Origin: Tubiluchus corallicola
Lineage: Eukaryota > Animalia > Priapulida
DNA: 64,000 nucleotides
Direction: 5' to 3'
Assembly (NCBI GenBank): GCA_030141605.1
Contig: JAQGDQ010000081.1
Coordinates: forward strand, 558,001 to 622,000
The translations under genes were made by a program, and so were the position numbers. Under the pieces are notes generated by a model. The model was not told the origin of the DNA and ran no database searches. It worked only from the letters and a program-made list of their open reading frames with translations. Positions 1 through 17,414 of this stretch are shown here, one piece after another. Numbering within the stretch: the first letter of the stretch is position 1; every line of letters begins with the position of its first letter.

Positions 1-221
1 TAGTTTGACAAATTTCGTAGTGGTACTCAATTAAGTCGAGAATATATCAGTACAGTTGGCGATTCGTTAGCCCAGCGCAAAGGTAGATGTTACTGCAACT
101 TCCGTGTTACTGGAAAGCAACAAATTAATGCTGTCTTTAGGCTTTATGTAAAATCTAAACGCCTGACATTCTATCGGTAAAAATTGTCAAAATGCACATG
201 TTTGGGTAGTCCTGTCAGTCA

Positions 222-1586
222 GGTCTGTTAGCCGAAAAAGGGGGACTGACCTGGTACAACTACCATCCTTTCATGGATTGTTTATTAGGCCATTTTAACA
301 GCGTTTTAACAACGCTAAAAGGTCAAGAAATGGAGCTTCGCTTAGAAGGCTTGTATCTCCAAAACGGTCACAGATGGCAACTGTTAAAGACGAATGGGAA
401 CTTATATGTGGGCTTTTATTTGATAGCACGATTAGTGACCTTGGAACACATGAAATGGTGAAGTTACCTCTCTGACCATTTCGCAAAGTCAATATTATTA
501 TCCGGTATATTAGCCGAAAAAAAGAACTGACTGGATACAACTGCCAAGCTTTCACGAATGTTTCTTTGGACAATTTTAACAGCGTTTTGGGGATTTTTAT
601 AAAATTTCGCATTTTGCCCGCTGTCCCTTGACACTGAAAGCTCACGAAATGTTACTTAGGAATATGCACTTTGGAGGCTTATAACACTCCAAAACGTTCA
701 CACATAGACACTTGGCTACCATTAGGGACGAATGGGAACTTATATGTGGACTTTCATTTGGTATTAGTGGGATTAGTGACGCAGGAACGAACGAAGTGGC
801 CAAATTACGTCATCAGTAACCTCTAGCCATTTCACGAAATCAAACATTTGTAGATAACTTCCAAGTGAAGCCATTAAATGTGATGAAATGTATTATGCAC
901 CAATAGGAAATCGGCTATTTGCTACAAGAATTTGGGGTTTAAGTTGTACGTCAGGCGCAATGATGACGTCATCTGTACTTCTGTCCCAAACATCAAGACG
1001 GTTTTACTTGCGAAATTAATGGCCAGGTAAGCGTTAATAATAATAAAATACATCAAATTATGATAAAAATTGATGAGAAATTGATACCAGCTTTTTTGCC
1101 CAATAGCTCGTATACCGGTAATGACGTCATTGAAGTCTTTACGGTTAGTTATGGCAAAAATACTAAAATGTTATAAAAGAATGTGCAAAATCACAGACAC
1201 GAAAATGTGCCTTCTGACATGAAAAATGTTTGAACATTTTCAAACATTAAGTGACATCATATTATGATGTCATCTGTATATGCATTACAGATAATAATGA
1301 CGTCATCAGCTTCTTCTGTACTTTATATTAGGGAACATGCATACGACTTATTTAATTTTTCCGATCCAAGCAGTGACACTTGCTCAGTTCAGTGCGGTCC
1401 CACTGTGCCTTTTCGTATGCACATCTTTTCTGGTAACCAGCTTTACTACAACATTTAATTAGAGCTTTGCATGCCGATTACGCCAAAAGCAGTGTCATCC
1501 AAAATGACCCAAAAAAATCATTTGTGAAAGTTTGACAGCTGTGTCCGGTCAGTCCCCATTTCGTCAAAATTTGGCTTTAACAGACC
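222..1586. mobile_element. Putative non-autonomous DNA transposon (MITE-like) in an intron of the PAN-F5/8 gene
   Basis: Left end GGTCTGTTAGCCGAAAAAGGGGGACTGACCTGGTACA (from 222) is an imperfect inverted repeat of the right end TGTGTCCGGTCAGTCCCCATTT...GGCTTTAACAGACC (to 1586). Internal sub-repeats (e.g. GACGAATGGGAACTTATATGTGG twice). No convincing ORF. Confidence 0.5.
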
Positions 1587-1720
1587 GTACTATATAGGTG
1601 TTCAATGAAGTAGCTCAACAATTTATTTTTAATTCGGGTAAATCAGCCGATTTCGCGATTGAGTTTTTTAAGGTAGCAGCTGTATCTTGATAATGGATTT
1701 TAAAGAGCTGAACTACGTAC

Positions 1721-5954
<4,234 letters not shown>

Positions 5955-6624
5955 GATCACAACTTATTGCAAACATAGAGATTCTCTGAACTCTTCTACC
6001 TTTACCTATGTTACGTTCAGCAACAGATTTATAATAAATGTTGCCTGTGCAACGTGTTTTGCGTGAACCAAGCGCTGTTTTCTTTGTTGAAATACACCAT
6101 AACGACGTTGCCAGCAGTTATGAATGATTGGGAAAGTGATGCAATGACGCAAATGTCAAAAGTTGTGTTGATTTAGTCAATATTGCGTACAACAGGCCTA
6201 GATTCAATTAGTGTCTCTTGGTAAAATTCGTTTACATACGATAACAATTCTGCTTGAACATTGATTAGTAAACTGTTTTAGACCGTTTAAACAATTAAAC
6301 CGCTAAATTCTAGACGAGTTTTGCCATTTTGCTCTCAGCACATCGATAAGGTGCGGGTAATTTGTTGCTAACATGTCTTTTAACATACATTAGGCAGCAT
6401 TATCTGCGCAATAGAGAGGAGCATGTTAGTACAATTTTGCGATGGCTCCTGAAGTCGATACTATAATACTATAATGTTATAGCACTATTTACAATTAATA
6501 TAATTTTGTGATTTTAGAATGATTAGCTTTATAATGGATGTATATGTAATTGTAATTTATAACTTACTTTTTAATTGTAAAGCGCATAGAGATTCCTTGA
6601 TATGGTGCCCTATAAAATAATAAA

Positions 6625-6650
6625 TTATCATTATCATTATCATTATCATT

Positions 6651-6690
<40 letters not shown>

Positions 6691-6700
6691 CATCATCATC

Positions 6701-6744
<44 letters not shown>

Positions 6745-6776
6745 TACCATCATCATCATCATCATCATCATCATTA
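6625..6776. repeat. (CAT)n/(TAT)n compound microsatellite
   Basis: Directly visible. Confidence 0.95.
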
Positions 6777-7412
6777 TGGAATAGCCTCGTCGGTTCAGTG
6801 GGCTGACGACTAGGAGTGTTTTCCACCTCAGCACCTGATCAGTAACAACAACCGACATGGAGCACAACGGATTAGATATATGGCAAGTTACTTAATTCTA
6901 CGATTTCACTTTTACTACTGCTTTTTTACGTTCTTTTAACAACTATACTATGACGGCGAGAATGAGCACCATCCGGTCTAAAAGGCTGAGTGAAAATCTA
7001 ACCAATAGTATGTACCTGAATAGTGCGCAGCAGAAATTGTAGAAATTTTGATTGCTACTGAAGACCCAGGACGTGCAATGAGATCAGTTTAAAGTGTAGC
7101 TGTAGATAGGTAATTAACTGCAGTTAATTAGAGCGCTATAGTACATGTGTAAGCCTAACACACATGTACCATTCTACTTTAATATATGAAACAAAGATTC
7201 AATTTTGTAGCTGGATTGCAGGCAAAGGGGAAGGAACTGAGGACGGGGACGTTAAAACTACTTTTGCCTAGGTAGTCAAACTATCTAGAGTATAACTATA
7301 TTAACTATATGACTATATTATAAATATATAAATAATAAATAACTATAACTATAAATATAAATAACTATATGACTATATTATAAATATATAACTATATTAA
7401 TAAAAATAAATA

Positions 7413-7514
<102 letters not shown>

Positions 7515-8539
7515 GGCGTAAGATGTCGGCTTTTACACCTTTTAGGGCAAAAGCAGTTCCGCTGTTTGTATTGCATTGACGAAAAAATAAATTAATAGTA
7601 AGACACCTGTAATTAACTGTCCTCATTAATTTAATCTAATATGGATTAGAAATAACAAAATAATGTGTTATGAAGGTCTTACAAGCACCTAGCAATACTA
7701 CAATAATTGCAACTAAATTAAAGTAAAGACATATTTCAACTTTACTTTGTCTACCTGAGTTAATTAATTAATTTTCCTAAACAGTTTAAATTAAACGACA
7801 ATACTTTCTAATGACACTAGCATAATGTTCTGCTCTAGGTGCATGTGTACAATAGTGGAAATTTAGGTATGATCTGTTTCGCAATTAATAATGTTACCTG
7901 TGTAGTTATGATTCCAGAATATAAATTTATTTACTGACTAGTATCATTAGCTGACCAAAGAGACGAAAATTTTCTTTAACATGGCAAAACAAGTATTCCA
8001 TAAATGTTTGTAATACTTAATGATACAATGATGATAGTGATTATGTAGCTGTAATAAAAATTCATACAGGTAAGCAGATATGTAGTGAAGATAAGCAATA
8101 TTTTTTGAAAGTAAGTCGACATTGCTAATTTCAAAATTTGTTTACTAAATTAACTTGTGTTTCATATTAGTCTGTAAACCTCGCATAGCAACTAGTACTT
8201 TTCGCGATTGCTATGTAAATTTACAGAAGTTTGTTCTTCAACTTTGAAAGTCAAGTTCTCAACAATTCATTTTTCATAAAATAACTGACATCTTCACCTA
8301 TAAATGGCAATATCTCAGCTCAGAAGCGACATATAGTAGTGATATTGGTATCAAAATATTTGCCAGGATCTGCTGACCAAGACAGTTGCTATAACTAAAT
8401 TTCACAATTTGAACCAAATGTTCGATTACAATTACTCTTCATCAGTAGTGTGAATTTGAATTTGATGCAGTAATTTCACAAGGTGTAGTGTCACAGTCAT
8501 AGTCATTTATTTCAGTGGTAGTGCATTTGCAACGTAATA

Positions 8540-9300
8540 TGCATTTGTGGGTGCTCTAGGACACGCTGACGACGTTGCGTTATTTCTGTCAGTAACAGAA
8601 TTGAAACACATTTTTGCGGTATGTGTCAAATTTGCCAAATAATACAGATGTGATTTTTAATATTAAAAAATGCAGGTGCATTTTGTTTACCAGAAAAGGT
8701 AATGCTGAACGCCCGTCAAATGTTTACGCAAACGGATTGAAGTTAAAATGGTGTAATAAAAATGAACAGCTTGGTCGTAATTTAACGTTTTTTAATTGAT
8801 CACTCAGATGACGTAGTGAGATACAAACTGGACTTTATAGCAGCAGTTACCTCAATGCTTTGTTTTTTCAAGAATGTTCACACTAAATTGATACTTCTCA
8901 AGTTATTTTCAGCTTATTGTTACTCACCTTTATGGAAGCAGTTTATTTCATTTAAATAATGTGAGTATGCTAGTAGCTGAATAGAGAAACATTTTAAATT
9001 AACCCATTAGGTCACTAATCCTGTATCTACTTAGCGTCAAATTGTGAAACGTATATTAAAGTATATTGTATAAATACCTCAATCAAACAAGTGTGTGTTA
9101 AAATCCTTGGCCATACTGAACATGCAATTAAGTATTTCTACTTTGGGAAAAAAGAACAAAAACATTAGCTAGTAATAAAATTGCAGCAAATGCGGCTGTA
9201 GATAAAAATCCAACGTGTAAACTCGCTTATGAATCACACTGGGCAAGAAAAGGTTTATTAGAAAGTTCTTAAAAATCCAAACATTGTTAAAGGTCTTAAC
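8540..9300 (+). mobile_element. Decayed non-LTR retrotransposon reverse-transcriptase fragment
   Basis: Translation FVGALGHADDVALFLSVTELKHIFAVCVKFAK then DVIFNIKKCRCILF resembles the LINE RT (Y/F)ADD motif and downstream FN..K region; interrupted by stops/frameshifts; boundaries approximate. Confidence 0.6.
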
Positions 9301-11566
9301 AGAATACGTCTATATGCATGCTAATACTTTTTACTAACCATACTGCTTTTATCACATTCTGAGGTTTAACATTTTGTTGATGTTTCTTTTTTCTTTGTTA
9401 TTGTGTTAAAATACAGATTTGGTAGCACTTGTACATACATTTTACAATTTGCGGATAATTATTATAAATTATGTTACACACCCGAATACCATCCCTATTT
9501 CTCTAGGTGGACTGTAGGCCGACCTATGTATACTGGCCACAATTCCTGGCCTTACAATAAGCTAATAGATACTGATTTTCCAAAAATTAATATTGTCATT
9601 CGTTTACTAACGTTTTATTATTTACGACAAAACATGTTAGGTGGGAAGATTTTGTCTGTAGTGCTTAGGCTCGGAAATGGAGTTCGTCAAGCCGCGATAA
9701 TCTGCCTATCTTATGCAATTAATCTGTACTATTGTTACTTAAGTGTATACTTTACCTCAACTGGTCTTCGTTGCTGTAAAGTATGCATTGACACTAATAG
9801 ATGGCAGCACTATTGCATTGTTGTCTGATTGCATTAGCGTGTGAAACAGTGTACTCAGTGTGTGAAGCAGGACTGCATGGCTGCAGTAATGTGAAAGCTG
9901 TAGCTGTACATATACATTTAACACTGCTCTCTACAGAATAATTGAAAACATCAATAATAAGTTGTACAATTATCTGGCAATAAATACCACATTACGTATT
10001 ATTGCATTTGAAAACGATCAGTAGATTTTAAAAACAGGTAAAATAGACACGTTATTAATGTTTTATTGTGAAGTAATCTCCTGAAAATTCAAATTTTTGC
10101 TACAGTTAAAGAAGGTTCATAATTTATTCAAGCTTTTCAGATGGAGAGATTATTCCCATAACCCTTATTGCATTACCTCTCTTAGGGCAAGAAATAAACG
10201 CTGGAATAAAAAGCTTGTAGACCTAGTCTCCCCGTGGCACATTGAACTGGTCCGTTTACCTAGTTGAATTCGTCCATTGAATTCGTTTACCTAAAGTACT
10301 AAGATATTTTTTCCTTCTGTGCCAAGAGTGCCGAACGTTTCAACGGCAATTGGCAAAAGACTGTTGTATTTCGCATATTTTCTGTTTTGGGCTAATTGAG
10401 CTGCATAACCAGCATAACTAGCTGAGCCAATTTGAGTGAAATTTGAGGGTGCCAGTGTGTCAACACAATCCCAAATTAAAATCCAAGGGAAGAGAGTGGT
10501 CCTCGGCCCAAGGGATCAAAGTCATGGCATCAGGCCTCTAGTCATCTGACCTAGCGTTAAACTGTGATCTTAATGAATGTTGTCTATCCAATTTGGATAT
10601 ATTCACATGATGTTTGCGTAGATGCTATCAGTTCAATCTTGCAACAACAGACACTCGATGTTTACGTGATGCTGTTTGCTCACCAAACAGCTGATGAAAC
10701 ACTTGTGTGACTTTCATCAATGTTCAAAAATCAGAAAAACAAAGCTGTGAGAAGTTTTCTCTAGAACTAGATCGGATTAGAATCTAGAGACTATATCCCT
10801 GTGACTGCGGACATGACATGACATGCCATATGCAAATATTTGGCTAGCGTACACGTGTAAATCACAAGAATTATGTGAGGTGGCCAACATTTGGCAAACA
10901 CTGCTAATAATTGATACATCAGCTTATATAATAGGTAGAGGAAATTAATATATCTTTACTTCATTATATCTTTATTTTGTATATCTTTACTTCCAAGCTA
11001 GTATTAAAATATTGTAACAAGATTCTTAAAATTTTTGCAAACATTCTGCTAAGTAAGCGTAAAAATTGTCTTTTCATGATTTTGTATTATATAGTTATTA
11101 TTCGCTCATATGGGAAATTACAAAGTACTGTGAGCAAATTCCAAAGTCCTCAAAAACCAGAGCACTGCACACAGTTACTTGTGATGATACAGGCAATAAA
11201 GGCAATACAGAAGCAGGCTAAGCGACGGCAGACTGCAGTTGTACGCCTCCTAACTGGAAAGAAATTCACAAGCAAGGTATGTAGATTTAGCATATCAAAT
11301 TATTACACGTTAATAAAATATCAGAATTGCTACAATGGGATTTTGCACATAATTGCTTTAAACTCATATCGTTCTAAATTTAAACATTGAACTTTAATGA
11401 AAAAAACAACATTGCAATTTTTGCAGATTTCCTTCTTTTCACTACACCAACACAATATGCACCATCTTTTTGTGCTCATAAAACTCCTCATTCTGAAAAG
11501 TACATTACTGAGGAGCAAATCAAGCTAATCTAAGTGATTGTAGGAAAGTTTGCTACAAGTGAACAG

Positions 11567-11975
11567 TAGGGGTGAGCATCGACGTTCGAGTTCGAACGTT
11601 CGAATCGAATTCAAACGTTCTAATTCGATTCGAACCTAAAATTATATATTCGAATAATTCAGCACTTCAACCACATACGTCTTTTATCATTAAAATGCTT
11701 GGAACAGTATACAATTAGCACAATTTAGCTGCAGTTTCTGCGTAAATTTTTTAACAAACTAATAGTGGTTTTACTGCAGAACAAAATCAAGTAATATGGC
11801 TTATCTTTGTAAGAAAACTTTTTACTAGTAGTTCGAAAACTTGTTCAAAAATCTTTTAAACTGAATTCGAATTCGACTCGGATTCGAAATGCCGAAATTC
11901 GGTTTGATTGGAATCCGAAAGTCATAAATTCCATTCGATTCGAATTCGCTTTGTGGCAGAGAATGCTCATCCCTA
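11567..11975 (+). mobile_element. hAT-type MITE (TAGGGGTGAGCAT termini, TTCGAA-rich subterminal repeats)
   Basis: TIR TAGGGGTGAGCAT...ATGCTCATCCCTA; 8-bp TSD GTGAACAG / GTAAACAG (7/8); homologous copies at 43397, 51581 and 52254. Confidence 0.85.
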
Positions 11976-11983
11976 GTAAACAG

Positions 11984-13108
11984 GTAAAATTGGCACGAGA
12001 AAACTTTGGTGCTGGCAAAATTTGGTACTAGAAATTTCTACTACGCAGTAATTATGGTACAGGTAAATTTAATTGATAATATCGCCATTACCAAGGAATT
12101 TTTGGTACTAGGACGGGTACGGGGTGCGAAGAATGTTTGGTACCAGGACGGTAGGATTGTTTAGTACTAAGAAATGTTGGCACAAAGAAGTTTTGGTTCT
12201 ACGGAAATATGGTGCGAGGAAAATTTCGTGCTAGGCAAATTTGGTACTGGAAAATTTGGTACTAAGCTAAAAGGAGAGCATTCAGTACAACGTAATTGTT
12301 TCAACTGGAAAATAAGAAATTTAAAACTAAAAAAATCTGGTTTATTAAAAAGTTCATAAAAAGTCATAATTAACATTGCATGACAGCTAAATTGTTATCA
12401 GTGATTATCCCACCCATGCAGGCGCATTTGAGAATCTTTCAGCAAAAATCTGAAAAGTCTCCAAATCACCAAGATTTTCGAGAAGCTTGACCAATTTTTT
12501 TTTGGAACACTTTCTCTATTTTTTTTACAAAACTTTTCAAACTGAGGTAAGAACAGAGCAGTGATTGCCGATCATGTCACTGGAAAAACCGTGCTGCATA
12601 AGCATAGTTTGGCTTTCCGCTTACCGCGAGACCCACAAAATGGAGTGAGAACCGATCTTTTTGATGTAGCTAATTCTACTGCTGCTGGCAACTGTGATGA
12701 TGTAATGTTGTCATGAAGCAGCTGTCGGCAGCAGTGACAGTGGCAGAGATGGCGTGTTATCATCAAGATCATAGCTGTCACCGTCATTGAAATTGCCAAT
12801 GTTTCTTGTTGTCAATGATGATGATGGTGTTGTTTATGAGATGATGATGATGATGATGATGATGGCGATGACGATGATGACGACTATCATGTTGATGACA
12901 ATGATGATAATGATAATGAGGAAGAGGAGAAGGAGGAGGAAGGGAAAGACGATGATGAGGTCAACAAAAGCAGCAAGCAAGCAAGAACTAACACACAACA
13001 AGAATAACAACATCAACAACATCAACATCAACAACAATAACAACAACAACAGCAACAAAACCACAAAAGTAACAATGATGACATGATGACAGCAATAATG
13101 ATGATGAC

Positions 13109-13173
<65 letters not shown>

Positions 13174-13740
13174 CGATGACATGACGATCACAATGACGAT
13201 GATGATGATGATGATGATAACAAAGGCGATGATGATGATGACAATGGTGATGATGGTGGTGATAGTAATCATAAAAAAGTGCGAGCAAAAAACGGAAAAA
13301 CAACAATAACAACAATGTCAACAATAACAAAGAAACAACCAAACAAACAAACAAAAACAAATAAAAAAGAAATGCAACAAAGTGAGCCTCTATAACTGTT
13401 TCGAGTAGGTTATATAAATATGTTTTCATAGTACCACACTTTCCTTGTACCAGTATCGAATTTTCCTAATATCAAACTCACTTTCCCAGTACTAAACTTT
13501 CCTAGTACCAAAATTGTTCCGTGCCATTTTTACCTTGTATTATATTTACTTGTATCAAAAATGTTTGACAAAACTTCGTTAGTACCATATTTACCAGTAC
13601 TACATTTTCTCTGTACCAAATTTTTCCAGTACCAAAATTTCCCTGTACCAAAAATTCTTTGTACCAAATTTTTACCCGATACAATAATTTCGTAGTACCA
13701 AAATTATCAGGATGAAACTTTCCCGTACCAATCTTTCCAC
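11984..13740. mobile_element. Foldback-like element: inverted arms of short TTTGGTAC / GTACCAAA repeats around a (GAT)/(AAC) microsatellite-rich core
   Basis: Left arm ~11984-12265 has many AAATTTGGTAC(T) units; right arm ~13430-13740 has the complementary GTACCAAA(T) units. Confidence 0.55.
12816..13270. repeat. Degenerate (GAT)n/(AAC)n microsatellite block
   Basis: Directly visible; source of the low-complexity ORFs. Confidence 0.9.
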
Positions 13741-14528
13741 GCATCAATCTGCGTTGACACAGTCTCGGCATAAAGGGTAGTAAATTAGTAGACTGTATTA
13801 CATTCTCATAATATTTTCGCTAATAAGGTAAAACTTAAGATTTCTTGTTGAAGTTGTCGTAACTTAACATCACACACCAAATCACTAAAATTACTAATGA
13901 ATGGAATATATTAAATTTTAATTTCACAATTTTGTTAACAGTAACCATGTAATTCTTAAAACTTGTGAACTATAAAAATAATTATTTTTTTTCCGAGGCG
14001 TCTTGTCAAAGGAAATGCCTCGATGAGGCGAAATGAATGGTATGAGTTACGCTCAGATTAGTCGACGCTTGGTGCTGCGAGGAGGCAAAAAACCGAAATT
14101 GAATGTAAGATGGAGACATCAACGCTTTCAGCGACGAGAAACGGTAGCATTTCATGTGCCAAATGAAACGCCTCAATGAGACAAATTAAACGTTATGAGT
14201 TATGGCCAGATTGGTTGGCCCCTGACTCTACTAAGAGGTGAAAACCGAAATTGTGGAAGTTGGGGGAGAAATCCAAGGAAACAAATGTTTCCAATGTCAA
14301 ACCACAGTAAGTTGTGGTACATCAAATGAAAGGTCTCGATGAGACGAATCAATGGTATATGTCGCGCCCGCTCTGGTTCATACTTGACTCCTATTTTATA
14401 AGCTAGAATTCGTGTTCCACTTTCAGTATCTTGCAGCACGGTAAATGAAAAATCTTGATGACAACATTGAATTGTGTACGTTGATCCGCATTTGACTGAC
14501 AAGTGACAAATAATTTCATTTTACAGAA

Positions 14529-16991
14529 ATGGTACGGAGAACGTTGACGACTGAAACTATTCTGGCTTTAAAGAGGGAATTACAAGACTTGGTTGCGTGC
14601 CCTCTCGATGAAAGCGGTGATCAAAGGAAGCAACAACTTAATCGAATGTTGCATGTTGCAACTTGGCTAGGTGAAACACAACTTGTTGTTAAGTTTATTA
14701 ATAAAGGAGCAGACATAGAGAGCATTTCTGAGAGGACGACAAGGCATAGCGAACCTGATTACCTTACAAAGCTTTTCGAAGGTGGAAACCCACTTGAAGC
14801 TGCTTCTTGGCTTGGGCACATTGACACTGTAAAACGTCTTCTTGAACTTGGGGCTAAAGTGAATACCACTAGGAATGACGATTGGACAGCTCTTAATCTT
14901 GCAGCAAAGAATGGTCAATATGAAGTGTGTAAAGTGCTGCTCGATCATGGAGCATACGTTGATTCGATACAAAAGTCCAGTTGTGGATCTCCGCTGGCAC
15001 ATGTATCATATGACAACTTTCCTGAATTACTACGCCTCTTTATTGAATGGCGGGCTGACGTGAACAAGGAACTCCTTTTTGGAAGGATTCCTTTATTCTT
15101 AGCCGCACAGAGGGGGCACAGCGAAATAGTTAAAATACTCTTAGAAAATGGTGCATTTCTGAATCACCAAGACCATGACGGTAATATAGCGTTGCATTTG
15201 GCAGCATCAGAAGGACACATCGATACAGTAGCACTGCTCATTTCAAATGGAGCAAACTTTTTGCTCAAGAACTCTTATGGAGAGACACCTTTGTCAGCTG
15301 CCTCAATCAAAGGAAGATTAGAAGTTGTAAAGCTTTTGTATGAAAAATTAAGGAAACACTATGATAAAGACAGCAAAATACTTGATGCGTTAAATGCTGT
15401 GAATAAAGATGGTAATACCGTTTTACATCTCGCCTGTAGTGAAGCTCACACTGCTGATAATAGTGTGGAAACAGCTGCCTATTTGCTGGGAAAAGGGACT
15501 AAGCCAGACATACTGAATAATCTTGGTGAGACCGCATACAACATTTGCATCAAAAAGGCATATAAGGCAGCTCTGAACAAAGCATATAAAAGGATAGCTG
15601 GTTTTTTTCTTACCGCCAAGTATTTCAGATTCCCGAATCCGACTGGAAATGAAATACGGGAAGAAAATGAAGGAAATGTCACAACACTGCCAGGAAATTT
15701 TTGGCAAATTCCTCCAGAAAATCTGCTTTTAGTTTCAGGAATAGGAGAAATAGAAGACCGTCAGGAATTTGAAAGTATTCGTGCTACTATTGAAAATTTG
15801 TTGTACACGGCGTGCGGAAAACTACAGAAAATTTCACCTGGATCTTATGAACCAATTCCAGTTGGCAGCTCTTCGTGTGATATTAAATGCGGTCGTGCAG
15901 ATGAATTTGACTTTTTTATCAACATTAAAAACCACCCTGGTTTTGTTTTGGAGAAATTGAAAAATGATAAGATGCTTCCTGTTGAAACCTGTTCTTCATC
16001 AGCTGCAAAGTTTAAAGAGGAATTTCCAGAGCTAATGTGTCAAGCAATGGCTTCAGCCCTGTGTGATACACCTCAAGTTGAGCCTAATGATTTTCCACAT
16101 GTTGTTGAATGGAACAAAGTTTGTACGTGCTTCAACTTGTATATTTTGAAGACAAACGGCAAATGGACACCTGTTTCAGTCGATCTTACACCATGTTTTG
16201 AGCAAATGGGGCGGCCAAATAAGGCTAATCGAGACTGGCCGAGAGAAGTTAGCAGTTATCACTTTGTTCTCAAAGCTGTAGAAACAGAAAGCAGTGACCA
16301 GCAGTTGAAGTTTCAAGCAACGACGGCTGTAGCTGAATGCAGGTTCATTAAAAAGTTTGATGAAAACATTAAACGGGGAGCCATTCTAGCCAAAACTCTG
16401 GTAAATCCTATTGTTTATGGGTTCTGCGAACGTGAGCCCATTCGTATGGATCCTCTCGCAGAAAGATTTCATAACCTACTGCTAGATGCCGGCCTCAGTT
16501 TAGTCAATCTGTTCAATGTGATAAAGTGTCAGCCTGACAAAGTTATAGACTCTTACATGTTGAAAGTGGCCTTCATCCAAGAAGTGCTAAATGAACCGAA
16601 TCCTGACGATTGGGAAGGAAGTGAAAACTTAAAAACTCGAGTCGTCTCAATATTTCAGCATATTGAACATTGTTGTAGGAAGAAGAGAATGGCCCATCCG
16701 TTTATAGATGGGTTCAATATTTTGGAGGAACAAACTTCGAAAACAATTTGTGGCGTTCCAACTCTAAGCTTGGCTGCGGAATGTGCGGCAGCCATTGTCA
16801 ATGGTGTACTTAATAAAACCATACCGCGCAAGACTGGTTTACTGGAACCAGACATTGAAAAGTACCGCGAACTGATTAGGGAACAAGCACTGAGGGTACT
16901 AGAAGATTGGGACCAGAGACGTCACGTGAATCTGTATATCACAAATGTGTGGAACTCAGTAAATGGGATTGGGCAGGTTGGACAAAAATAG
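14529..16991 (+). CDS. Ankyrin-repeat cGAS-like receptor (ANK + Mab-21/cGAS-DncV-like nucleotidyltransferase), 820 aa, single coding exon
   Basis: About 8-9 ankyrin repeats in aa ~37-345 (GNPLEAASWLGH, WTALNLAAKNGQ, GRIPLFLAAQRGH, GNIALHLAASEGH, GETPLSAASIKGR, GNTVLHLAC). NTase signature PVGSSSCDIKCGRADEFDFFI (hGS-x-DEFD), third acidic residue in VSVDLTP, Mab-21 C-terminal motifs SYMLKVAF, DDW, HPFIDGFNIL. Acceptor TTTCATTTTACAG just before the ATG implies an upstream non-coding exon. Confidence 0.9.
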   Translation: MVRRTLTTETILALKRELQDLVACPLDESGDQRKQQLNRMLHVATWLGETQLVVKFINKGADIESISERTTRHSEPDYLTKLFEGGNPLEAASWLGHIDTVKRLLELGAKVNTTRNDDWTALNLAAKNGQYEVCKVLLDHGAYVDSIQKSSCGSPLAHVSYDNFPELLRLFIEWRADVNKELLFGRIPLFLAAQRGHSEIVKILLENGAFLNHQDHDGNIALHLAASEGHIDTVALLISNGANFLLKNSYGETPLSAASIKGRLEVVKLLYEKLRKHYDKDSKILDALNAVNKDGNTVLHLACSEAHTADNSVETAAYLLGKGTKPDILNNLGETAYNICIKKAYKAALNKAYKRIAGFFLTAKYFRFPNPTGNEIREENEGNVTTLPGNFWQIPPENLLLVSGIGEIEDRQEFESIRATIENLLYTACGKLQKISPGSYEPIPVGSSSCDIKCGRADEFDFFINIKNHPGFVLEKLKNDKMLPVETCSSSAAKFKEEFPELMCQAMASALCDTPQVEPNDFPHVVEWNKVCTCFNLYILKTNGKWTPVSVDLTPCFEQMGRPNKANRDWPREVSSYHFVLKAVETESSDQQLKFQATTAVAECRFIKKFDENIKRGAILAKTLVNPIVYGFCEREPIRMDPLAERFHNLLLDAGLSLVNLFNVIKCQPDKVIDSYMLKVAFIQEVLNEPNPDDWEGSENLKTRVVSIFQHIEHCCRKKRMAHPFIDGFNILEEQTSKTICGVPTLSLAAECAAAIVNGVLNKTIPRKTGLLEPDIEKYRELIREQALRVLEDWDQRRHVNLYITNVWNSVNGIGQVGQK

Positions 16992-17414
16992 ATTAAAAAC
17001 ATCGTAGTGAATACAGTATCTTACTGTATTCCAAACATGCTGTTTTAGGCATTAGTCGGGAGCCCAAGTAAAAAAATGATTTTTTGTTTCGTTCTTTGTG
17101 GTTATGAGATTTTAACTATATCAGATGATAGATTGATGTTTTCTTTTAGTAATGTATAATGTTCTGTTATTTTTGTCTACATTGCTTAGCTCTATATTCT
17201 GTGCAGTACACTTCAGTACATTTCAGGGAATTACGCTTACGTAATTTTAGTTAGGCTTTATTTTAAATGTTAAAATTAATTTCTATTGATTTTTTTACTT
17301 ACAGGGATAGTAGTTTGGTAGTTACTAGTACATTATTATCTTGTATTTATTATGTAATTTATCAGTCATTTGTAAAGCTTCATAGTTTATGTGATCCGAC
17401 TTTAAATAAAGTAT

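Noticed and set aside
10977-11535. Exon-like segments with a donor near 11277 and an acceptor near 11427
   Set aside because: No coherent frame or recognisable domain; could be non-coding cGLR leader exons or TE debris, not supportable from sequence alone
14667-16855. Short antisense and alternate-frame ORFs inside the ANK-cGLR
   Set aside because: Shadow ORFs of the long coding exon
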